A DNA stretch of 64,000 nucleotides from an uncultured Chloroflexia bacterium (GTDB taxonomy: Bacteria; Chloroflexota; Limnocylindria; Limnocylindrales; CSP1-4), in the NCBI GenBank assembly GCA_963720755.1, contig CAVRGP010000011.1, forward strand, positions 768,001 to 832,000. Direction: 5' to 3'. Numbering within the stretch: the first letter of the stretch is position 1; the number at the start of each line of letters is the position of its first letter. The position numbers and the translations under genes were made by a program. Positions 9,985 to 18,409 of this stretch are shown piece by piece. The notes under the pieces are model-generated. The model saw only the letters and a program-made list of their open reading frames with translations, was not told the DNA's origin and made no database searches.

Positions 9985-11699
9985 GGCATCTCCGCAGAGA
10001 GAAGGACGCCATCCTCGATGGACCCGACGACGAAGCGGCCGCCGACGGCACCGACCCTGTCGGCCAGATCAGTGAGGTCAGTCTGTTCCATGGCCGGGCA
10101 TCCGAGCAACCGCAGGCGGAAGTGCGCGGTGCCGCCATCCACGGTCACCACGATGCTGGCCGACGGAGAGCCCGGAGCGCGGCGTGCATGCGCTAACACG
10201 GTCGCAACAACGGCATATGCGGCCAGGGCGACATCGCGCTGAAGATCGAGCTGGGGAACATCGAACGTAACTGGCACCTCGGACGCCCGGGCCAGGTCTT
10301 CCAGGGCCGCGGTAAGGCCATGGGTCGCGAGCGTGGCAGGAAAGATCCCGTGCCCAAGCTCACGGAGGTGGGCAAGTGCCTCCCGAACGGCCGCTTCGGC
10401 CCGGCTCAGGTGCTCGTCTCCTGATATCAGGCGGGCGCGGGCAAGACTGAGCTGGAACGAGGCGCTGACCAAACGCTGCTGGGCGCCGTCGTGCAGATCG
10501 CGTTCGATACGCTGCCGTTCGGCGTCAGACGCCTCGACGATCCGGCGCTGGGAACTGCGAACATCGGCGAGGCGCGCCCTGCTCACGGCTTCAAGGCGAA
10601 GGTTCTGGATCGCCAACATGGTGGCTGGGGTGAGCGACGCCGCGACCTCAACGGGGTCGTCGCCCGAGGCGACGCCCAGACGGAGCGCCGGGCCGGAAGC
10701 GTCCGAGATCACGACGCCCCGAGCCACGTCGTGCGCCGGTTCGATCTCGACGCCGAACACGTCAACCCATCGGCCGTCGCCTGGAACCGCGAACTGGACC
10801 TCGCGGGCGTGGCCGCCAGCCCGACGATGCCGAGGCAGGCGCGCGCCGGCGAGGTCGTCGACTAGTTCCCGCACCTCCGTCCGAACCTGGCGCGCAGTGA
10901 TTCCCGCGGCGAGGGGTGCGAACCCGATCAGAAGGGCCGCGGCCACGCTCGGGAGCAGATCAGCGATGCGCGACGGAGCCTCCGTCCAGGTAGTCGCGTG
11001 CCTGATCCAGGGTAGGGCGAGGATCACGACGGCGAGAATTGCCGCCCGCGGGACCATGCTGGAGCGGCGATACGGACCCGGCCGGATCAGCCCGAGCACG
11101 GCGATGACCCCGGCTGCGCTCGTGAATGTCGTGGCAAGCACGTACGCTGCATGTCCCGAGAGCAGGCCGTTGGCCAGTGGCTCGACCCCACTACACGTCC
11201 GGCTGCATCCTGGATCGGTGAGGGGGTTGTACCCGGCCGCCTGCACGAGAACCGCGGCGGCTGCGAACCCATAGATCGCGACGAGCGGGGCGCCGGTGCT
11301 CGTACCCGGCGACCAGCGCAACCCGACGTGCGCGGCACCGGCGAGGGCCATCGGTGCGACGGCGAGCGCATACGCCCGCGCGTCGGCGGATGGCGTTGTC
11401 CATCCGGCCCACGTGGGCACGAGCAAACCGACGGTCGCGACGGCGAGTCCGACCGCTACGGCCGGCCGGTCGCTGCTGGAGATCCAGGCAGCCCCGACGA
11501 TCCCTAGACTCGCAACGAAGGCGATCGCGATCAACCAGGCTGGGAGGGCCAGCTCGAATGGGGATGCCCGATATTCGGGTATCGATACCCCCACGGTCAG
11601 CAGCGCGACACCGCTCGACACCAACGCCGCCACCAGTCCGACTGCACCACGGGGTCGGATCGCCAGCGACGTGATCGACACGCGGGCGCGCATGGTCAT
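9975..11699 (-). CDS. Membrane HisKA_3-type sensor kinase with intact His box but degenerate ATP-binding domain
   Basis: Multiple TM helices; ERQRIERDLHDGAQQRL; N, G1 and G2 boxes replaced (ATVLAH, LLGCP, TDLTDL); stop overlaps regulator start; start approximate. Confidence 0.85.
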   Translation of the reverse strand: MTMRARVSITSLAIRPRGAVGLVAALVSSGVALLTVGVSIPEYRASPFELALPAWLIAIAFVASLGIVGAAWISSSDRPAVAVGLAVATVGLLVPTWAGWTTPSADARAYALAVAPMALAGAAHVGLRWSPGTSTGAPLVAIYGFAAAAVLVQAAGYNPLTDPGCSRTCSGVEPLANGLLSGHAAYVLATTFTSAAGVIAVLGLIRPGPYRRSSMVPRAAILAVVILALPWIRHATTWTEAPSRIADLLPSVAAALLIGFAPLAAGITARQVRTEVRELVDDLAGARLPRHRRAGGHAREVQFAVPGDGRWVDVFGVEIEPAHDVARGVVISDASGPALRLGVASGDDPVEVAASLTPATMLAIQNLRLEAVSRARLADVRSSQRRIVEASDAERQRIERDLHDGAQQRLVSASFQLSLARARLISGDEHLSRAEAAVREALAHLRELGHGIFPATLATHGLTAALEDLARASEVPVTFDVPQLDLQRDVALAAYAVVATVLAHARRAPGSPSASIVVTVDGGTAHFRLRLLGCPAMEQTDLTDLADRVGAVGGRFVVGSIEDGVLLSAEMPCE

Positions 11700-11831
11700 G
11701 CGTGGCATTGTGCGACGCATTCGTCCGGTTGATACTCGTGTTTCCCGAAAGGCGAGCCGTGTCAGCCCGCTTCGAGCGGCCACCGTCGAGCGGTACAACC
11801 TGCACATTCAGCCGCGATGTGAGGACCGATC

Positions 11832-13394
11832 ATGAACGGGCAGCGAGTCGGCAGGTTCATTTCTCTCGCCCTCGGTGCGGGGCTGATCGCCGGGTGCGCC
11901 ACCACTCCGCAACCGCAACCAGCGCAGGACAAGGCGGGAACGCAAACGCTCGTCCTGAAGCTTGGCGCCGTCGACTCGATCGCGATCAACGGCCTCTCCT
12001 TTGGCCAGGCAGCCTTCATCGAGGACCTCGAGACGGTGTCCGGCGGACTGGTCAAGGCTGACGTCATCACCAGCTTTGGCGACCAGGCGCCTGATGCGGA
12101 GTCCCAGTTGGTCAGGGCGATCGCTTCCGGTGACATCGACGGCGGTTGGCCGTCGACCCGAGCGTTCGCGAACGCCGGGATCACCGGCCTCGAGGCCGTC
12201 GAGGCTCCGCTGACGATCACGAACTACGCTGCCAGCAAGGCACTGGTGTCCGGGCCGGTCGCGACCGATCTCCTCGATCAGCTGAATGGCACGGGAGTCG
12301 TTGGTCTTGGGTTGGCCGTCGGTCCGCTCCGCCGGCCATTCGCGGCACAGGCGGCGCTGGTGGAGCCGGCAGATTGGAAGGGCGCGACGTTTCGTTCGTT
12401 CAACTCGCCGGTGCAGACCGAGGTGATCCGCGCTCTCGGCGCCACCCCGGTCATCGCCGCCAACGATTGGGTCGATCAGATGAATGCTGGGACGCTCCGC
12501 GGGGCCGAATTCGACATCGAACAGTATTTCGAGAATGGTGCGACGCAAGCCCCGTACGTGACCGCGAATGTGGTCCTCTGGCCAAAGGTGTTCGTGCTCG
12601 CTCTCAGCCAGAAGCGCTTTGACGCCATGTCGGATCAGCAGCGGGCCTGGGTCCAGCAGGCGGCCGAGGCGGCGACCAAGGCATCGGTCGATGCGACCTA
12701 TGACGAGTCGGCGGCGGCCGCCGAACTTTGCGCGCGAGGCGTCCATTTTGTCGAGGCAAACTCGAACCAGCTTGCGCAGCTCCGCGACGCAGTCAGCCCC
12801 GTCATCAAGAAGCTTGCAGCCGATCCATTGAGCGGGCCGATCCTGACGGAGATCCAGGCCGTCGCCGCCCGGTATCCACAGGTTGAGGAACCGACCGTGC
12901 CCCCGTCCTGCCACGAGACTGCCGCGCCCAGCTCAAGTCCGGGTATTCCTGAGGACGTCGCATCGCTGCCGGACGGCGTCTACCGTGAAGAGGTGACGGT
13001 GGCGGACGCTCAGGGTCCCAAGTTCAAGGATCCAGGCCTCCGTGGCACCTGGACACTCACGGTCGATCACGGCACCTTCGCGCTCAGTTGTCGGTTCATC
13101 GACGCGCCCGACACGGATTGTGGACAGAGCCATGCGGATGGGGCGACGGTGGAGGTTGGCCGGCTCCGCGGCACCGGGAACACGGTCTACTTCGTCGGCG
13201 ACCTGGACATGCTGCGAGAGACGACCGGATGTCTGCTCCCGATCTCGATGACGCTGGATGGGCACTGCGTCGTGATCCCGCCGTACTGGTTCACCTGGTC
13301 ACTCGACGGTGACCAACTGACGTTCAAGGCCGTGGGGGGCGAGTTCGTCAACCTGCAGCAATTCTCGGTCAGGGCTTGGACCAGGATCAGCTAG
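11832..13394 (+). CDS. dctP: TRAP DctP-like substrate-binding lipoprotein with extra C-terminal domain
   Basis: Lipobox LIAG-C; WKGATFR, ALGATPV, LSQKRFDAMSDQQRAWV DctP-like motifs; extension of roughly 150 aa. Confidence 0.75.
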   Translation: MNGQRVGRFISLALGAGLIAGCATTPQPQPAQDKAGTQTLVLKLGAVDSIAINGLSFGQAAFIEDLETVSGGLVKADVITSFGDQAPDAESQLVRAIASGDIDGGWPSTRAFANAGITGLEAVEAPLTITNYAASKALVSGPVATDLLDQLNGTGVVGLGLAVGPLRRPFAAQAALVEPADWKGATFRSFNSPVQTEVIRALGATPVIAANDWVDQMNAGTLRGAEFDIEQYFENGATQAPYVTANVVLWPKVFVLALSQKRFDAMSDQQRAWVQQAAEAATKASVDATYDESAAAAELCARGVHFVEANSNQLAQLRDAVSPVIKKLAADPLSGPILTEIQAVAARYPQVEEPTVPPSCHETAAPSSSPGIPEDVASLPDGVYREEVTVADAQGPKFKDPGLRGTWTLTVDHGTFALSCRFIDAPDTDCGQSHADGATVEVGRLRGTGNTVYFVGDLDMLRETTGCLLPISMTLDGHCVVIPPYWFTWSLDGDQLTFKAVGGEFVNLQQFSVRAWTRIS

Positions 13395-14998
13395 GCTGGG
13401 ATCCGTGCGGTGAGTGTCGTACCCACTCCGTAGGGGCTCTCGACGCGGAGCCGACCACCGTACGCAGCCAGCCGATCGGCCAGGCCCTGCAGGCCGAACC
13501 CTGAGGGCTGGGCACCGCCGACCCCGTCGTCGGAGATGGCGATCACAAGGTCGGCACGATCGCGACGCAGGTCGATCGAGATGTGGCTCGCGTGAGCATG
13601 CTTGATCGCATTGGCCATCGCCTCAGAGCAAACGAAGAAGAGCGCCGTCTCACGCTCGACGTCCGCCCGTGCATCGGCTGCCAGCCCGACCGATACCGGG
13701 AGCGGGCACCGCGCGGCAAGCCCGGCGATGGCGTCGACCAGCCCACCGTTGCCGAGGATCGCCGGTGGGAGCCCGCTGATCAGGGCGAGGATCTCGTCGG
13801 CCGAAGCTTCGAGCTCACGGCCCGCGATATCGAGCGGCCCTCGAGCTTCCGCCCCACTCAGATCGCCATCGATGCGCCGGATCTCAGCGCCCGCCACCTT
13901 GATGACCTGCACGACCTCATCGCGCAGTCGTGCCGCGGTCGCGGCCCGCTGTCGATCGGTCGCCACCAGCAGCCGCCCGCGGGCCGCTTCGAGGTTCGCG
14001 AGCTGTAATTCCTGCGCCGCCTGCCAGCGCTCATGGAGCGCGGTGAGGCGGACCGCCTCGATCACGGCCGCGACGATCGTCGGATCCTGCATCGCCGACA
14101 TTCCTCGGTGGATGACCGACGCCAATCGCCCATTACCATCAGCCACGTCGATGATCAACGATTTGCCATCGTTCGCCTCCGTATCCACGCCGGCGGAGTC
14201 CCGATACCGGCCGGCAGTCGGGTCCCATACGAGGATCCTGAGATCGGGATCGCCGAGGGTCTCAGCGAGAAGCGCGGCGAGGCCCTCGATCCCCGCGCCA
14301 CTCTCGTCACCAACGAGGTGGTCCGCAAGCACGGCTCGCTCTCGAGTCACGGTCCAGCTGGCGATCGGAAACCCCACGGCGATCGCGACGAGGACAAGCT
14401 CAAGGCCGAGCAACCATGTCGATGCGTCGTAGTCGCGTGGATCGGTCGTTTCCGTCAACCACGACGTGAGGAGCACGAGGGCGACGCCGGCCGCAGCAAC
14501 GGCCGGAAACCATATAGTCGCGCGCGCCCAACGTCGGTCGATCCACGATGTAGCGGCGACCGCCGCCATGAGCGCGGCCAGCGCGGGGATGGGCGGGATC
14601 ACGCGGATGGCCAGGTAGAGTGCGACGACGAGGAGGGTCGAGGCGACCAGGATCCAGTCGCGAGGTCCGCCCGGACGACCAGTCGGAAACAGCGTCAGGG
14701 CAACCACCAGGATCGCCAGGTAGGCGAGTCGCGCCGCGGGGGCGGGGGACCCGAGTAGCCAGGCGAGCCCGACCGCAGCGAACCACACGCGGCACCGCCA
14801 CGGTCCGGGCGCGAGGATGGCCCCTACGACGAACGCCAGTCCAACGGTCAGGTCCGCGATCGTCGCCGCAGGACCGAGGCTACCGGGGGAGAGATCGGCG
14901 CGAGCCGCCAGGAGCGCCAGGACGGCCGTCATCAGGCCGAACGTCGCCCATGCCATCGGCCGCTGTTTTCCGCGCGTCGCGCCAGCAATGCCCGCCAT
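13391..14998 (-). CDS. Membrane sensor kinase-like protein with intact HATPase domain but lacking the phospho-acceptor His
   Basis: Multiple TM helices; EAMANAIKH, ISDDGVGG, GFGLQGLADRL, GTT; H-box region reads QRAATAARLRDE; start uncertain (14956-15025). Confidence 0.82.
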   Translation of the reverse strand: MAGIAGATRGKQRPMAWATFGLMTAVLALLAARADLSPGSLGPAATIADLTVGLAFVVGAILAPGPWRCRVWFAAVGLAWLLGSPAPAARLAYLAILVVALTLFPTGRPGGPRDWILVASTLLVVALYLAIRVIPPIPALAALMAAVAATSWIDRRWARATIWFPAVAAAGVALVLLTSWLTETTDPRDYDASTWLLGLELVLVAIAVGFPIASWTVTRERAVLADHLVGDESGAGIEGLAALLAETLGDPDLRILVWDPTAGRYRDSAGVDTEANDGKSLIIDVADGNGRLASVIHRGMSAMQDPTIVAAVIEAVRLTALHERWQAAQELQLANLEAARGRLLVATDRQRAATAARLRDEVVQVIKVAGAEIRRIDGDLSGAEARGPLDIAGRELEASADEILALISGLPPAILGNGGLVDAIAGLAARCPLPVSVGLAADARADVERETALFFVCSEAMANAIKHAHASHISIDLRRDRADLVIAISDDGVGGAQPSGFGLQGLADRLAAYGGRLRVESPYGVGTTLTARIPA

Positions 14999-15171
14999 GC
15001 GCACGTCGATAGTCGATGTCCGCATGGCTGTCAAGGCCTCGTGCGCGAGCGACACCGTGCTACCCCGGCTCCGGACCGAGCCAACGCCGTTGGAGCAGGG
15101 GCCCGAGCTTCCTACCTTGGATCCGAGGCCCGGCCGTTGCGTGTGCCGGGCAGGCCGATGGAGGTGGGAAC

Positions 15172-16794
15172 ATGTACGTTCGATCGGGAAGGACACCGGT
15201 GGCCGTCCTGGCGGCGTGGCTCCTGGCGACGACGGCGGTGCCTGGTGCGGTGGCCGCCGCCAGCCCGCTGTGCGTCGGCGGACCGGGCTGCTATACATCG
15301 GTGCAGGCGGCCGCCGATGCGGCGCACGACGGTGATGTGATCAAGATCAACCCCGGAACCTATGCCGGCGGCGTGACCGTCACGGCCAGCGTGCGGCTCA
15401 TCGGCGCCGGCGCGGCCCGGTCCCGGATCAAGGGTGGCGGGCCGGTCCTGACCATCGGGACGTACGGTGCAGATACGGAGCCGACGGTCGTCATCGAGGG
15501 GCTCTCGATCACGGGCGGCGTGACCCGCACGAGCCCGCAGTCATCCGAATGGGTCGGCGAGTCGGGCGTCGTCGCTCTCGGCGGCGGCATCGAGATCCCG
15601 CCCAACGCGGACTACTCCGGTGGCGCAACCGTCACCATCAGGGACAGCCTGATTACCGGCAACCGCGTCGCCCCGTTGACCACGGCGCCCGTCGGGCCGC
15701 CGTGCCCCGCTGGGGCCTGTCCATTCGCTCTGGCCTCGGGTGGAGGCATCGACTCCTGGGGCACGCTGACCCTGGTTCGTACCACGGTGAGCAACAACCT
15801 CGTGGGCGCCGCTTCGGGACTTTCGGACCTCGCCAGCGACGCAGAGGGCGCCGGCATCCGAAGCTGGATCGCACCGCTCACGATCCGGAACAGCCGAATC
15901 ACCGGGAACCGGGCGAGCGCCGTTGCCCCGAATGGACGGTTTGCCGACAGCGGCGGGATCTTCGTCAACGCCGGCTCATTCGAGATGGATCACAGCTCGG
16001 TGAGTGGTAATAGCGTCGTGCTGGAAGCAGCCTTGCCCGACACCGTCGACCTGGGAGCTCACGCCGGCGGCATCCATCTTGCCGACGACGTCGACCACGC
16101 GACGATCAACGACAGCGTCATCGCCGGGAACGCCGTGAGGATGACGAATAGCGTCGGCTCCGCGGACGCGTTCTCGGGCGGCCTTCACGTCGACTGGGGC
16201 GTGCAGCCGTTCACGATGACCGACAGCGTCATCGCCTTCAACCGCGTGTCCGTCAGGACGATTGGTGGATCGACCGGGGACGCCTCCGGCGACTCAGGCG
16301 CGGGCGAAATGCACGGGTCCTTCGACGGCACGCGCTTCGCGGGCAACACCGTGGAAATCAGGTCCGTCGCGGGCAATGCGTACGCTCTCGCCGGCGTGTC
16401 GATCTTCACCGGCGTCATCTCGCACGGCACGGTGGCTGGCAACAGGGTCACGGCCTCGAGCCACAGCGGAGAGGCGTGGATCGGTGGCGCCGCGCTCATG
16501 GCTGACGATGGCGGCATCACCCTGCGCGAGACGACGGTGCGCAACAACACCGCTCACGTGAGCGGTCACGACGCCGCCACGGCACAAGGCGGCGGGATCT
16601 ACGACTCGCCGATCCCCGACGGACCGCCGGGCGGTCCGCTGACGCTCGACCACAGCACTGTGACAGGCAACGTCCTCACCGGCTCGAGCGGCGCCACCCT
16701 CCAGGGCGGCGGGATCTACGCCACGGACGTGCCAGTGACGATCACCAGCAGCGTCGTGCGGCACAACGTTCCCGATCAGTGCTTCGGGTGCTGA
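15172..16794 (+). CDS. Secreted right-handed parallel beta-helix (pectin-lyase-like) protein
   Basis: SD GGAGGT; signal peptide; SVQAAADAAHDGDVIKINPGTY start; repeated GGGI and xITGN motifs; C-terminal NVPDQCFGC. Confidence 0.78.
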   Translation: MYVRSGRTPVAVLAAWLLATTAVPGAVAAASPLCVGGPGCYTSVQAAADAAHDGDVIKINPGTYAGGVTVTASVRLIGAGAARSRIKGGGPVLTIGTYGADTEPTVVIEGLSITGGVTRTSPQSSEWVGESGVVALGGGIEIPPNADYSGGATVTIRDSLITGNRVAPLTTAPVGPPCPAGACPFALASGGGIDSWGTLTLVRTTVSNNLVGAASGLSDLASDAEGAGIRSWIAPLTIRNSRITGNRASAVAPNGRFADSGGIFVNAGSFEMDHSSVSGNSVVLEAALPDTVDLGAHAGGIHLADDVDHATINDSVIAGNAVRMTNSVGSADAFSGGLHVDWGVQPFTMTDSVIAFNRVSVRTIGGSTGDASGDSGAGEMHGSFDGTRFAGNTVEIRSVAGNAYALAGVSIFTGVISHGTVAGNRVTASSHSGEAWIGGAALMADDGGITLRETTVRNNTAHVSGHDAATAQGGGIYDSPIPDGPPGGPLTLDHSTVTGNVLTGSSGATLQGGGIYATDVPVTITSSVVRHNVPDQCFGC

Positions 16795-16819
16795 ATCCTC
16801 GGTAGCGCCTCGGGTTCCA

Positions 16820-16863
16820 GGCCGGGATCGGTCGTCGATCGACGATCACGCCCGTTCCCGGCC
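16820..16863. terminator. Imperfect GC-rich hairpin between convergent genes
   Basis: ggccggga...tcccggcc outer stem with internal gatc/gatc pairing. Confidence 0.4.
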
Positions 16864-16992
16864 ATATCTCGCCCTCCCGTGCTCCCTCTGGCGGGCTGAC
16901 ACCGACCGGCCATCGCATCAGCCGCCTCGCGCGTCTCGCGGCCCGCCGGCATCCGACGCGGGTCGAGCCTCTGAGGCAGCGAGGTCGGGCGG

Positions 16993-18286
16993 CTATGCGT
17001 CGGGGCGGAGACCCGGCTTCGTGAGTCGATAGGCGCCCTCGATCGCAACCGCCAGGGCGAGCATCGCTGCCAGGATCCACAGCTTGTCAGGTGAGGTCGT
17101 TGCCGTTTGCCAGATCAGTGCGCCCAACGCAACGAGGCACGCGACGGCCCCGACGACCGAGATCCAGACGAGACTGCCGGCGTGAAACGCGTGCCGCACG
17201 TTGGCGGCGTTCACCGCGGCGAAGATCAGCAGGAAGCCGGCGCTGCCCAAGCGTGGCGATGCTGGTCAGGTCGAACACGTTGGCGATCAGCAGCGTCATC
17301 CCTGCGGTGATCAGCAGTCCCTCGGCGGGTTGACCCCATGCCTTGCGTTCGAGCGTCGCCGGCAATTCGCCGTCGCGCGCGATGGTATAGCTCACGCGTG
17401 CTGCGCCGTAGAGCGTGGCATTGATCGCCGAGGCGGTGGACAGCATCGCCGCGATGGCGATGAGCGTGAAGCCGGTCTGTCCGAGAAACGGTCGGGCCGC
17501 TTCGGCCAGCGCGTAATCCTTGGCTGCCACGATCTTGTCCACCGATAGATTGCCCACGGCGACGAACGCCACCAGGACGTACAAGAAGATCACGAACCCG
17601 ACGGCTGTGTAGTACGCGCGCGGCAGCGTCCGAGGCACGTCCTCGACGTCCTGTGCCGTGTTGGCGATCAGTTCGAAGCCTTCATAGGCGAGGAAGATGA
17701 TCATCCCGCCGGCCGCCAGTTGCATCGGTGGCGACCAGGTGTCCGGGGCGAGCTGGGTGGTGTCGATGCCGGTCAGGCCCACGCCGACGAAGAACAGCAG
17801 GATCGCGATCTTCAGGCCCACGATCCAGCTCTCCGCCTTGCCGATCAGCTCGGCGCCGAGGAGGTTGAGCCCGGCGATCGTGATCACGCTGAGGCTGATC
17901 AGGATATGCGTGCCGACTCCCTGCCACGCGGGTGGCAGGAACGTTGCGCCATAGCTGCCGAAGGCGAAGGCGTACAACGACAGCATCACGATGTAGCTCA
18001 GCCACAGCAGGACGTTGAGGCTGCCGGTCAACATGCCCGACCCGAAGATGCGATCCAGGAAGGTGACCGTCCCTCCGCGGCTCGGGTAGGCCACCGAGAG
18101 CTTCGTGTACGAGTAGGTCGTGAGCAGCGCCACGACGCCCGCCAGCAGGAACGCCACCGGCGTGCCGCCGCGCGCCAGCTGCACGGCCAGGCCAAGGACC
18201 GCAAAGATCCCGCCGCCGACCATCCCGCCGACGCCGATGGCGACCACTGCCCAGAACCCGATCTTGCCGTTGCTTGCTCCGCCCAC
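16993..18286 (-). CDS. APC-family amino acid permease, apparent +1 frameshift near 17250
   Basis: GVGGMVGGGIF, FLAYEGFE, STASAINATL; last TM helices continue in another frame (LGSAGFLLIFAAVN...). Confidence 0.85.
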
Positions 18287-18409
18287 GAGCAGGTCACCTC
18301 CCGATCACGTGCCCGCCCTGATTGGCCGGGGAGTCTAGAAGAGACCGCATCAGCGTAGCCGGTGAGCCACCCGCGCCGGCAGGTCCGGCCGGGCTACCAT
18401 TGACCCCCG

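Noticed and set aside
15168-15181. GAAC-ATGTAC-GTTC resembling a LexA box
   Set aside because: Spacer is 6 nt instead of 4 and it overlaps the start codon of a non-repair gene
16914-18354. 9-bp direct repeat cgcatcagc flanking the APC permease (16914, 18346)
   Set aside because: Too short for high-GC DNA; no terminal inverted repeats or transposase
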